Origin: an uncultured archaeon | GTDB lineage: Archaea > Aenigmatarchaeota > Aenigmatarchaeia > Aenigmatarchaeales > DAIDAN01 | Length of the DNA stretch: 64,000 nucleotides | Direction: 5' to 3' | Assembly (NCBI GenBank): GCA_964545795.1 | Contig: CAZJGC010000003.1 | Span: forward strand, 738-64,737 | Part shown: in pieces, positions 50,214 through 59,684 of the stretch | How positions within the stretch are numbered: the stretch's first letter is position 1 | How the letters are laid out: every line of letters begins with the position of its first letter | The notes under the pieces: generated by a model | The model's input: the letters and a program-made list of their open reading frames with translations, nothing else | Databases searched by the model: none | What the model was told of the DNA's origin: nothing | Position numbers and translations under genes: made by a program

Positions 50214-50768
50214 TTATAAATCAATATTTATTCCCTTCATAGCCATATTTATTTTGCAGTTTCTGCAGAACTCTCTTCTCTTGATGTCTATATCCTTTGC
50301 GCTTGGTGACGGCGACATTATGCAGAAAATGTGCTTGCAGTGGTTTAGTCCTATATGATGCCCGATTTCATGCATTGCTTCTTTCACAATCCTGTCTATA
50401 AGAATCATATTATTTGGCTTCTGGTCATAAAATTCGGGTTTTAGTCTGGCTATGGATATAACAGAGCATGCATTTTCAGGTTCTTCTATGCTGAAAACAA
50501 AGTTTAAACCTTTATAATATATATCTTCTTCTGTTATTCCGATTGTGGGAATTGATTTGTCTATAAACTTTCCTTCGTTTGTGCTTGCAATAATGTCTAT
50601 TATCTTTGATGCGTCATATTGCCTTCTTAATGCATTGAATGCGGAATCAATGTATTTTATTTGCGGCAGTATCTTGCATCTTACATTTATGCTTGCTTCC
50701 AGTTCTTTGCAAAATTTTTGCAAGAGGTTTAGTGATATGTATTTTATTGGCAGAATGCGTATTAACAT
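50214..50768 (-). CDS. amzA: Archaemetzincin Zn metalloprotease
   Basis: RRQY, LNFVF, KEAMHEIGHHIGLNHC...CIM...FCRNC. Confidence 0.92.
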   Translation of the reverse strand: MLIRILPIKYISLNLLQKFCKELEASINVRCKILPQIKYIDSAFNALRRQYDASKIIDIIASTNEGKFIDKSIPTIGITEEDIYYKGLNFVFSIEEPENACSVISIARLKPEFYDQKPNNMILIDRIVKEAMHEIGHHIGLNHCKHIFCIMSPSPSAKDIDIKRREFCRNCKINMAMKGINIDL

Positions 50769-50799
50769 AATAATAATTGTTTGCTAAGTTAAAAAAGGT

Positions 50800-51894
50800 T
50801 TATTTTACGTAATATCCCACGGCTTCTGATATGTTTCTAAACCCGTCATGTTCTAAAAACTGAGATAATTCATAATTTATTTTATTGCAGACAAAAGGGC
50901 CTTCATATGGTATTGCCGTAAATATTTTTTCTAAATTAGAGCCGAGCAAAATCTTTTCATAAGCGTCTTTGCCTGAAAATATCCCGCCAACGCCTATTAT
51001 GCTTTGGTCTTCTTCCTTTATTTTATAAACCTGCTCAATCAGTTTGTTTGACTTCAATTTAAGAGGCTTTCCGCTTAATCCTCCCCTTAATTTCTTTGTG
51101 TTTTTTTCATTTGTTTTCAAGCATTCTCTTGATTCTGTTGTGTTGCATATCACAAATCCGTTAATGTCATAATCTTTGCAGATTTCAATGTCTCTTTCAA
51201 GAACATTATTTTTGATGTCAGGCGAGATTTTCAGAAATACAGGCTTCCAGTCGTATGAGCAGCGTTCATCATCTATTTTTGAGAGGAGATTTTCTAAATT
51301 ATCTGGTTCTTCAAATTTTCTGCTTTCAGATGTATTTGGACAGGATATATTAAGTATTGTGCCGCATCCAAACTGGTGTAATTTTCTGAAAGAAGAAAGA
51401 ATGTCGTCAAATCCGGAATAGTCAGATGCGCATGCGTTATGAGTTTTTGCTATGCTTACAAAGTAAGGTATTTTTGGTTTTGATTTTTTTATTAATATGG
51501 ATATTTTAGTTGCGCCATAATTTTCCAACCCAATTCTGTTTATAATGGCTTCATCTTCAGGAAGCCTGAATATTCTGGGTTTATTGTTGCCTTTGCTTTC
51601 TTTTGCTGTAACAGAACCAACTACGTGAAAGCCAAATCCGGCATAGTGCGCAATATTCAATAGTTTTCCATTCTTGTCAAACCCTGCCGCCATGCCAAGA
51701 GGGTTTTCAAATTTTATTCCAAATAACTCTGTTTCAAGGTTTTTATTCTTGTATATTAGTTTTTTCCCCAATTCGTCAAAAACAGGATTGTTTATTTTTC
51801 CAATAAGATAGCCTGCTGAAATTGCTGCATTATGCGCTGTTTCAGGGTATAAATGAAACAGCGCAGGCCTTATAATTTTTTTGTAAATGTTCAT
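50800..51894 (-). CDS. pyrD: Dihydroorotate dehydrogenase (class 2-like)
   Basis: PETAH, NPLGMAAGFDKNG, GN.KPRIFRL, NISCPNT, KISPD, GGLSG. Confidence 0.93.
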   Translation of the reverse strand: MNIYKKIIRPALFHLYPETAHNAAISAGYLIGKINNPVFDELGKKLIYKNKNLETELFGIKFENPLGMAAGFDKNGKLLNIAHYAGFGFHVVGSVTAKESKGNNKPRIFRLPEDEAIINRIGLENYGATKISILIKKSKPKIPYFVSIAKTHNACASDYSGFDDILSSFRKLHQFGCGTILNISCPNTSESRKFEEPDNLENLLSKIDDERCSYDWKPVFLKISPDIKNNVLERDIEICKDYDINGFVICNTTESRECLKTNEKNTKKLRGGLSGKPLKLKSNKLIEQVYKIKEEDQSIIGVGGIFSGKDAYEKILLGSNLEKIFTAIPYEGPFVCNKINYELSQFLEHDGFRNISEAVGYYVK

Positions 51895-51925
51895 GGTATA
51901 TAGAATGAAATTAAAACTTTTTAAG

Positions 51926-52053
51926 TGGTGAGGCGGGCGTGATTTGAATTCGCGGAGCCTTTTTCGGCAGATGCTCACACGCGACAACACGGTGTCCAGT
52001 TACTTCAGCCGTGCGCTCTCCCGAGCTGAGCTTACGGTAAAAAATACCGCCTC
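51926..52053 (-). tRNA. tRNA-Phe(GAA) with three introns (9/10, 37/38, 53/54)
   Basis: Removing 52032-52044, 51994-52002 and 51949-51977 gives GAGGCGG TA GCTC AGCTCGGGA GAGC G CACGG CTGAAGA CCGTG TTGTC GCGTG TTCAAAT CACGC CCGCCTC A CCA. Confidence 0.88.
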
Positions 52054-52068
52054 GCGCACACGCCTCAC

Positions 52069-52335
52069 TTAGTTAAAGTCTTGAATGTCAATGCTTATTA
52101 TTTTTTTGTTTTTTATTGATATTGAGTTTAGTTCTCTTATCAATTTTCTTAATGAATTTGAGTGGTCTTCGCATAAATAAATTTTTGCTATTTCCTTTTC
52201 TGACAGTTTTGTCAGGTGTTTTTCCTTAAATAAAATCACTTTTGATATTTCTTCATTGCAGCCGATTGCGTTGCAGGCGGAATCAAACTTTTTGATGTCA
52301 AATTTCTTTATAAGCAAGTTTGATATCTCTTCCAT
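52069..52335 (-). CDS. Small hypothetical protein between two tRNAs (possible Zn-binding)
   Basis: ATG at 52335; CNAIGC...CEDH. Confidence 0.6.
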   Translation of the reverse strand: MEEISNLLIKKFDIKKFDSACNAIGCNEEISKVILFKEKHLTKLSEKEIAKIYLCEDHSNSLRKLIRELNSISIKNKKIISIDIQDFN

Positions 52336-52352
52336 TAAATCACGCCGTTGAA

Positions 52353-52440
52353 TGGCGCCTGGGACAGGACTCGAACCTGCGACCACCTGGTTTCTGTATA
52401 AATTAACAGCCAGGTGCTCTACCTGCTGAGCTACCCAGGC
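52353..52440 (-). tRNA. tRNA-Asn(GUU) with canonical 12-nt intron
   Basis: GCCTGGG/CCCAGGC-G-CCA, CCTGG/CCAGG, intron 52392-52403 with CTGT/ACAG helix. Confidence 0.95.
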
Positions 52441-52479
52441 TCTGTAAGAATAAAATATAATTAGAAAACTTATAAAGGT

Positions 52480-53262
52480 TTAGTTACCTGTTGATGTGTA
52501 ATTTTTTAGTCCCAATTTCCAGATGCTGTATGCAATTGCGAATGCTATAAGTGTTACAATAGGTGTCAGGAAAGCCGCCCATACGGCAATGCCCTTTCCA
52601 AGGAAAGCCTGGGCAGGGTAATATATTGTAAACGCGAATGGAAATATGAATGAAACAAGGAAAATTATTGGAAAACTGTATATTTCTAATGGGTATGTTG
52701 TAAAGTTTCTGAAGTGCAGAATGATGTTTGAAAGAGTCTGCGATCTGGTTGTCCAAAATGCAACAGATGTTGGTATAAGCATGATTGAAAACAATAATAA
52801 CACAGAACTGAATAAAAACAGCAGAAATAGAAGTATGTTTGCAATACTCCATGCTATCCCTATTTTTAATGAACTTATATATAGCAAAACAGCACCAATA
52901 AAAATATCTCCAAAATGTTCGGTGTCAATCTTTGATGTTATTAGCTGAAAAAGCGGATTTATTGGTTTTGTTAAAAATTTGTCAAATTCACCTTCTGATA
53001 TCAATCTGTCCATGTCCCATAATGGGAACAATGATGAAAACAATCCTGCTGTCAAAGTTGAGAATCCTGATAAGAACAACATTTCATAAAGAGACCATCC
53101 GTTTATGCTTGTTATATGCGAAAAAATTATCCATATAAATGAAACAGAAACAATGCCCCAAAGCGCCTGTGTTGTAAAACCAATAAGAAAATCGGTTTTG
53201 TATTCCAATAATGAATGTATATGTAATTTTATAAATCTTAAATATAAATTTAGGTAATTCAT
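52480..53262 (-). CDS. ABC-2 family permease (DUF990-like)
   Basis: INGWS, GEFD.FL.KP, YP..IY, YTSTGN. Confidence 0.9.
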   Translation of the reverse strand: MNYLNLYLRFIKLHIHSLLEYKTDFLIGFTTQALWGIVSVSFIWIIFSHITSINGWSLYEMLFLSGFSTLTAGLFSSLFPLWDMDRLISEGEFDKFLTKPINPLFQLITSKIDTEHFGDIFIGAVLLYISSLKIGIAWSIANILLFLLFLFSSVLLLFSIMLIPTSVAFWTTRSQTLSNIILHFRNFTTYPLEIYSFPIIFLVSFIFPFAFTIYYPAQAFLGKGIAVWAAFLTPIVTLIAFAIAYSIWKLGLKNYTSTGN

Positions 53263-54057
53263 TCAACCACCATGCGCGCTATATTTTTTTCTTGCTTTCT
53301 TAAAAAGAAACTTGCCTATGTAAAAAAATACAACAATCCAGAATATCTGTTGTGTTATGGCATAGATGATATCAATTCCATGTATTTTTCCTATGTAAAT
53401 TGACAATGGTATGTGAGATATTGATTTAAACGGTAGCAGCAAGGCAATGTTTTTCAACCAGTCTGGAAACAAATACAGCGGCAAAAAACTTCCTGCAAAA
53501 AAATCTATTATTATTTCTTTAAATCTTCTTATTCCTCTTGTTTGTTCAGTCCAAAATGCAGTCAGCCAAACAAGAAACGCTAATGAAAATGAGGTTAATA
53601 TGCTCAATATTGTGCTTATGAAAAACAATAACAGTGTTTGTAGTGGAGGCACAAAGATATTGAAAATCAAAACAGCGAAAATTAGTGTTGGTAATATACT
53701 AAAAATGACAGAAAGGAAATTGTCTGCTATATCCCTTGAAAAAATATAATTTTGAATATCCAAAGGTTTTGTTAATATATTAGTTATAGCATTTTTGTTT
53801 ATATCCCAATACGCTTTTCTGTCTGTATTTGAATAACCAGCAAACATAATAATTACGCTCATAGCCATATATGTTATCATTTCCTTTAGACTAAGACCCC
53901 CTATGGTTTGTAAATTATTATATGTGTATATGGATGTCCATAGAAAATAAAAAACCGAAATAAAAATTATGCCAGATATGCTGAAAATTAAGAAATCAAA
54001 CTTATATACCATCTCCTTTTTTATGGCTGTTTTTAACACTTCAATATATTTTTTCAT
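53263..54057 (-). CDS. ABC-2 family permease (DUF990-like)
   Basis: LW, MITY, L.KP, AFW, G...PL..FP, HGG terminus. Confidence 0.9.
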   Translation of the reverse strand: MKKYIEVLKTAIKKEMVYKFDFLIFSISGIIFISVFYFLWTSIYTYNNLQTIGGLSLKEMITYMAMSVIIMFAGYSNTDRKAYWDINKNAITNILTKPLDIQNYIFSRDIADNFLSVIFSILPTLIFAVLIFNIFVPPLQTLLLFFISTILSILTSFSLAFLVWLTAFWTEQTRGIRRFKEIIIDFFAGSFLPLYLFPDWLKNIALLLPFKSISHIPLSIYIGKIHGIDIIYAITQQIFWIVVFFYIGKFLFKKARKKYSAHGG

Positions 54058-55037
54058 CTGCCACGCCTGTAAACTTCTTTTATTATATTCTCTATTTTCG
54101 GTTCTTCTATTGTAATGTCGTGGATTGAAAACTTTGACATAATCTGGTTTACAATTGAAGATAATTCTGCATGCTTGTCTATTCTTAACCAGAACCTTCT
54201 GCCTGCTGTTTTGAGTATTGTCATATTTTTGATTTTAATTTCTGACTTTCTTACATTCTCATGAAAATCCACTATAATTATTTTGCCATTTGAAAACCTT
54301 TTTCTTACATCTGCCAGCATGCCATCGTAAATGATTTTTCCCTTGTCTATAATTATTGCCCTTTTGCATAGTTTCTCTATGTCTGACATATCGTGAGTCG
54401 TGAGTAGAATTGTTGTTTTTTCTTTCTTGTTGACTTCTTTTATGAAGTTTCTGATGCTGTGTTTTGCTATAATGTCAAGCCCTATTGTAGGCTCGTCAAG
54501 GAACACGACTTTTGGATTATGAATCAAAGAAGCTGCCAAGTCGCATCTCATTCTTTGCCCAAGAGAAAGTTTTCTTACAGGAATGTCCAATAGTTGGTTT
54601 AAGCCCAATATTTTTGAAAATTTTTTCATGTTTCTCTTAAATTTGGCTTCTGATATGTCGTATATATGTTTTAGTAAATTGAAAGATTCTTTCACAGGCA
54701 AATCCCACCAAAGTTGCGTGCGCTGCCCAAAAACAACTCCTATATGTTTTGCATATTCTTCTCTTTGCTCAAATGGCTTGAACCCAGTCACGTTTATGGT
54801 TCCGGATGTTGGATAAAGCACGCCTGTAAGCATTTTGATTGTTGTTGATTTTCCCGCGCCGTTAGTGCCTATGAAACCAACAATTTCACCCTTTTTTATT
54901 CTAAAACTTATTCCGTTTACGGGCCTGATAATTTTGTATTCCCTTTTTATTATTGTTTTTAGAGAATTCCACAACCCTTCATTTTTCTTATATAGTTTAA
55001 ATTCTTTTACAAGGTTTTCAACTTCAATAATATCCAT
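54054..55037 (-). CDS. ABC transporter ATP-binding protein
   Basis: GTNGAGKST, FGQRTQLWWDLP, LSLGQ, LDEPT, TTH. Confidence 0.95.
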   Translation of the reverse strand: MDIIEVENLVKEFKLYKKNEGLWNSLKTIIKREYKIIRPVNGISFRIKKGEIVGFIGTNGAGKSTTIKMLTGVLYPTSGTINVTGFKPFEQREEYAKHIGVVFGQRTQLWWDLPVKESFNLLKHIYDISEAKFKRNMKKFSKILGLNQLLDIPVRKLSLGQRMRCDLAASLIHNPKVVFLDEPTIGLDIIAKHSIRNFIKEVNKKEKTTILLTTHDMSDIEKLCKRAIIIDKGKIIYDGMLADVRKRFSNGKIIIVDFHENVRKSEIKIKNMTILKTAGRRFWLRIDKHAELSSIVNQIMSKFSIHDITIEEPKIENIIKEVYRRGR

Positions 55038-55088
55038 TTTATGCACCTATTTTTTATTTAAAAAAGAACATAAAAATAATAATGGTAA

Positions 55089-55173
55089 GATGCAAATTCT
55101 GTTCCAGCGACAACACGCAGTCAGTAGATGTTTCTTTGTTTGTGTGCAATAATTGCGGAAGAGAATTTGCGTC
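55089..55173 (-). promoter_or_regulatory. Long inverted repeat in the ABC operon leader
   Basis: GCAAATTCTGTTCC (55092-55105) and GGAAGAGAATTTGC (55157-55170), one mismatch. Confidence 0.5.
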
Positions 55174-55264
55174 AGATATTAGGGAGCATAACAGATTTTT
55201 AAGAATCTAATTTCTCATTGCTTAACACCATAGAAATATTGCAAATTTTGGTATAAAAAGATTT

Positions 55265-56356
55265 TCATTCAATCCAATCTTTATTCTTGATTTTTTCAGG
55301 AAGATATACGTCAGAAATAAATGTGATTCCGCGGCTTGAGAGTGCCTGAATTTCCACTTTTCCGTCTATTTCTTTCATCATTTTAAACTGCCTTTGCCAT
55401 TCTTTGTTGTTTTTGAACCATTCATATTTTGATAGTTCTGAAAGCCTTTTTTTGTCCTGTTCTGTTGCTTTTATTATATGTTTTTTTAAATTATATTTTT
55501 CAATATCATCTCCTGTTATTCCAAGGAATTTTGCCCCTGGTAGCGCAAACCTCTCTGATTGATGTGCCAGGTTTATTGAGCCATGTTTTATTACAGAATA
55601 AATATACAGACCCCAACTGTCAAAGTCCGTAAGAACGAAGACAGGAAGTTTATGTTCTATATGCAGGCGCTGCAATAATCTTCTTATTCCTCTTGTTGTC
55701 TGGCCTTGCGATGACAAAATTATGCAGTCCAATTTATCCCATACTTTATCTTCGTGAAGTCTTTCCCATATTGCTGCCTTTTCCATGTAAATTATGAATT
55801 TTGCATCAACTTTCTTGAATTTTATATTTTCAACATTGCTTGGTATAGACCAGCCGCCGCTTCCAAGTTTTGCCCAGTTTATTTCATCACCTTTATCTTC
55901 TATTATAACTTTCCCGGCTACTGAACCGTTTTTGTTTGCGTTTATATGGAGTTGTTCCCTTAACGAGTTTGTAACAAGTTCAAGGTCTTCTACGCATTTG
56001 TCAGTTTCCGTCTGTTCATCTACAATATTTATTTTTGTTCCTGGTATTGTGCGTTTAAGTTGATAGTATACATCTCGCAAACTTGCGGTTTTGTCCATTT
56101 CAATTAATTCCTTGGATACAGCAGCCACTTCTACGGTTTGTACAAATTTTCTTACATGCGCTACGTTAAAGAAATATCTTTTTGAGGAGTGAGTGCCTAA
56201 TGTGAGATAGTTTTTGTTTTTGTCAAAAATTACATTTGAAAGAGCTCTGATAGGAATATCAATGTTTGGGTTTTCACCTTCCTCTATTTCCTTAACAAGT
56301 TTTTTCCCAAGTTCTTCAAGTTTTCTTTTGGTATCATTGCTTTCTTTCTTTTGCAT
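55265..56356 (-). CDS. top6A: DNA topoisomerase VI subunit A
   Basis: LRDVYY catalytic Tyr, EQ..D, MEK, DFD, EIQAL. Confidence 0.95.
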   Translation of the reverse strand: MQKKESNDTKRKLEELGKKLVKEIEEGENPNIDIPIRALSNVIFDKNKNYLTLGTHSSKRYFFNVAHVRKFVQTVEVAAVSKELIEMDKTASLRDVYYQLKRTIPGTKINIVDEQTETDKCVEDLELVTNSLREQLHINANKNGSVAGKVIIEDKGDEINWAKLGSGGWSIPSNVENIKFKKVDAKFIIYMEKAAIWERLHEDKVWDKLDCIILSSQGQTTRGIRRLLQRLHIEHKLPVFVLTDFDSWGLYIYSVIKHGSINLAHQSERFALPGAKFLGITGDDIEKYNLKKHIIKATEQDKKRLSELSKYEWFKNNKEWQRQFKMMKEIDGKVEIQALSSRGITFISDVYLPEKIKNKDWIE

Positions 56357-57929
56357 ATTCATCCTCTCTATCATTTTCTTCAATATTTGTTTTTTCTTTC
56401 TTTAACATTTTTTCAAGCCCTGTCATTATTTTCTCTTTTTCAATACCTGATAATTTTGCTAATGATTCGGAAACTTCTGGTATGTATTTTTCAAATAAAC
56501 TCTGCCTCTGTTTCAATTCCATTGCTCTTCTTCTGCCTGAAAGATATCTTGCTAATTTTCTTGCGCATTCCTGGACAGCGAGTTTGATTTCCTTCATGAT
56601 TACAGGGTAGCTTGCTATTGCTTCTTTGCCTTCTGATGTGTATGGAACCCATACAGAGCATATATGCACAAGTATTACTATAGGTCCAAAAGGAAGAGAA
56701 CCTTGTTGTTCTATTTTGTAATTTTTCCATGCAATTTTTTGAAGCGCTTTTGTTATTGCGCATGATGATGCCTGATACATTAACGGAACGCGGTTTGCGA
56801 ATCTCAGTATTTTTGCTTGTTGCTGCGTGTTTAAGTTTCCTCCATACCCTATGCATGCTTCTATCTGGAAAGGATTTCCTCTGTATACTGTAGCAGGTCT
56901 TGTAATGCTGGCGACAAAATCAAGATTATACTCTTTTTTAATGCTTTCTTCAAGCAATGATGCTGATATAGGTGATAAACAATCTAGAGGCGGTTTCATT
57001 AGTTTTGCTTCCTGTATTGCCCTGTAGAGTTTTTCTATTTCTTCATGACCAAGTTCGGCGGGTTTCGTGTTTTTGTCTATTCCTGCATTGTTGCAAATTT
57101 CAACAGCGGATGTTGCACCTATTTTGCAGAATTCTTTTGTAAGAAATCCTGCAATGTTTTTTGCTTTTGTGAATTTAAGCATTCTTTCCAGAACTCCAAC
57201 TTCAACTCCATGAGCATGAGGCTTGATTGCTTTTGGTGGTTTTGGCATCTCTTTTGTTGTTCTTTCATATTTTACTTTAACGCCGTCAGGACCCGTGTAA
57301 ATTATTGTTGCAAAAGGATTTACAATTGCTGTTTGTTTTATGTATTCTTCCACAGACTGCTGTCTTTTTATGTATTTTCCTTCAATTTCCATTTGTATTA
57401 GTATGCCATGCTCTTTTATCTTGTCGTTGACTGTTTCATCTTTTATTATTTGCGGCTCGTTTTTTATTGTGTCTATTCTCAATTCAAACATGTGAACAGG
57501 TTTCTCAGGAGATGTTCGCGAGTATATTTTTGTAGGTTTTCCGCTTGTCAACTGAGCGTAAAGAACAGCAGAACTTATGCCAATGCCCTGTTGCCCCCTG
57601 CTTTGTTTTCCTGCTCCAAACTTGCTTCCGTAAAGAAGTTTTCCAAATATTCTCGGTATTTGCTCCTTTACTATGCCCGGGCCATTGTCCTTTACTGATA
57701 CAGAGAACCTGTCTTCTTTTAACTGCTTAATAACAACTTCTATTTCAGGAAGTATTCTTGCTTCTTCGCATGCATCAAGAGAATTGTCAACAGCTTCGCG
57801 AACAACAGTTAGCAGGGCTTTGGCAGGATTGTCAAAACCAAGCAGATGCCTGTTCTTTTCAAAAAATTCTGCAACGCTGATTTCACGATGCGTTGTTGCA
57901 AGCTCTTCGGCAGTTTTTCTTTCCAGCAC
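56334..57929 (-). CDS. top6B: DNA topoisomerase VI subunit B
   Basis: EFFEKN, EAVDNSLDA, DNGPG, SRGQQGIG, RFANRVPL. Confidence 0.97.
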   Translation of the reverse strand: MLERKTAEELATTHREISVAEFFEKNRHLLGFDNPAKALLTVVREAVDNSLDACEEARILPEIEVVIKQLKEDRFSVSVKDNGPGIVKEQIPRIFGKLLYGSKFGAGKQSRGQQGIGISSAVLYAQLTSGKPTKIYSRTSPEKPVHMFELRIDTIKNEPQIIKDETVNDKIKEHGILIQMEIEGKYIKRQQSVEEYIKQTAIVNPFATIIYTGPDGVKVKYERTTKEMPKPPKAIKPHAHGVEVGVLERMLKFTKAKNIAGFLTKEFCKIGATSAVEICNNAGIDKNTKPAELGHEEIEKLYRAIQEAKLMKPPLDCLSPISASLLEESIKKEYNLDFVASITRPATVYRGNPFQIEACIGYGGNLNTQQQAKILRFANRVPLMYQASSCAITKALQKIAWKNYKIEQQGSLPFGPIVILVHICSVWVPYTSEGKEAIASYPVIMKEIKLAVQECARKLARYLSGRRRAMELKQRQSLFEKYIPEVSESLAKLSGIEKEKIMTGLEKMLKKEKTNIEENDREDEYAKERKQ

Positions 57930-58038
57930 AAATACCACTATTGTTGATGTTTTCAAACTCTTTTTAAAGAGAAATATATATTAAATTTTTGCAACTATAA
58001 GAGAATAGTGATTTATGTTTATAAATGTTTTTGAGTGT

Positions 58039-58899
58039 TTAAAACCTGAAAATCTGCATCAGGTCTTCTAAGCGGGTAAGATCAGGGTTATTTTTTATAT
58101 TCTTTATATTCATTTGATATCTTGTTTTCTCTGTAGCAGGCTCTGCTGCTATGCTCAATTCCTCCAGCCCCTGCTCTATAGATACTTTAACTCTTTGAAG
58201 ATTTTCATCAATACCTGTAATAAGAGGGTTGGTTAAGGGAATCTCTTCGCATGACTCTGGTTTGAATTTTGAGTTAAGATTTGTTTTAATGCTTCCAAAT
58301 CCAGTATCTAATATGTCTGTGTATGCTCCATAGTTAATTTCAACTTTTATGAGTCCGGGCTTTAAATCATATTCAAATGGATTGGATCCAAGAAAAGCAG
58401 AGAGTTCCATTTGTTTTTTGCTGTAAATTTCAAAGTCAGGGAATAGTTTGTCGATTACTTTATTATGAGTCTTGTTTTTGCACAATAGAGAATTCAACTT
58501 TTTCTTTTCGGTTTCTTTATTGTATTTTCTTAAATATTCTTCTCTTAGTTCAGAACACTCGTTTTTTATGTGCATGAATTCCTGCAGTAAATTTATCTCA
58601 TTAAGATGTTCATGTATGCCCAATTTATCATCCTGCTTATTCAGGGGATAATGCCATTCAAATGTTTTGGAATATGCTTTTATATTTGCTTCAAATCCTG
58701 CGTTCTTTGTATTTTCCAATATAATTTTTAGTGTTGGACATGGAAGATAAGTTGAACCTTCAATAATAAGGTAAAAGTCTGTCTTTCCTGTTTTTCTATT
58801 GTATACTTGGAGAGATTGAGATGTGGAAGTTACATATTCTAATTCAAATTTTTCCTTGAATGTCTTGAATGCATCCTGTATGCCGCCATACGAATTCAT
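58039..58899 (-). CDS. Hypothetical protein
   Basis: 286-aa ORF with ATG; no motif recognised. Confidence 0.7.
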   Translation of the reverse strand: MNSYGGIQDAFKTFKEKFELEYVTSTSQSLQVYNRKTGKTDFYLIIEGSTYLPCPTLKIILENTKNAGFEANIKAYSKTFEWHYPLNKQDDKLGIHEHLNEINLLQEFMHIKNECSELREEYLRKYNKETEKKKLNSLLCKNKTHNKVIDKLFPDFEIYSKKQMELSAFLGSNPFEYDLKPGLIKVEINYGAYTDILDTGFGSIKTNLNSKFKPESCEEIPLTNPLITGIDENLQRVKVSIEQGLEELSIAAEPATEKTRYQMNIKNIKNNPDLTRLEDLMQIFRF

Positions 58900-59027
58900 A
58901 CAATAATTTGTTTAGGATATTTTAAATAAATGCTGCCAATACTCTTGAAAATAGTTGCAATGCAAAGCTTTATAAATATAAGTGTTAATTATTGTTTGTA
59001 GAAATCTAAATTCTAAAGGTTTTTAGT

Positions 59028-59639
59028 ATGGAACTTTTAAAAACAGGAACAACAACTCTTGGATTGATATATAAAGATGGCGTTATTTTGGTAGCAGACA
59101 AAAAAGCAACTCTTGGATATCTTGTGGAGAGCAAAAACTCCCAGAAAATATATAAACTTGATGAACACATTGCTCTTACCATAGCAGGGGGTGCTGGGGA
59201 TGCCCAGTCTCTTGTAAGGTTGTTAAGAGCCCAGTTTAACCTTTACAAACTTGACAGAGGACCTATAACTGTCAAGGCTGCTGCAACTCTTTTGTCAAAC
59301 ATATTGCAGGGAAGCAAATACTTTCCTTACATGGTTCAGTTGCTTATGGCAGGATATGACTCAAAACCAGGATTATATTCAATAGATGCTGTAGGTGCTT
59401 ATGATTCAAAAGATAACTTCTACTCAACAGGTTCAGGCTCTCCAATGGCATACGGTGTTCTTGAAGCTGAATACAAAAAAGGTATGGTATTGGATGATGC
59501 ATTGAAACTGGCATTGAAAGCCGCAAAAGCTGCCGTGCAAAGAGATATTGCATCAGGAGGGAACGGGTTTGCAGTTTTTGTAATAACAAAAGATGGTTGC
59601 AAAGAGTTGAGCGAACAGGAAATAAAAAAGTTTGTTTAA
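59028..59639 (+). CDS. psmB: Proteasome beta subunit
   Basis: Short propeptide, then TG/TTT; TGSGS, RD..SG. Confidence 0.97.
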   Translation: MELLKTGTTTLGLIYKDGVILVADKKATLGYLVESKNSQKIYKLDEHIALTIAGGAGDAQSLVRLLRAQFNLYKLDRGPITVKAAATLLSNILQGSKYFPYMVQLLMAGYDSKPGLYSIDAVGAYDSKDNFYSTGSGSPMAYGVLEAEYKKGMVLDDALKLALKAAKAAVQRDIASGGNGFAVFVITKDGCKELSEQEIKKFV

Positions 59640-59684
59640 AGATTTTTTGCTGGTTATTCTAATTAATGAAGTAAAATTCTAAAG

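Noticed and set aside
51895..51990. N-terminal extension of pyrD
   Set aside because: Overlaps tRNA-Phe; ATG at 51894 fits better
52336..52386. N-terminal extension MVAGSSPVPGA of the small ORF
   Set aside because: It is a translation of the tRNA-Asn T-arm and acceptor stem
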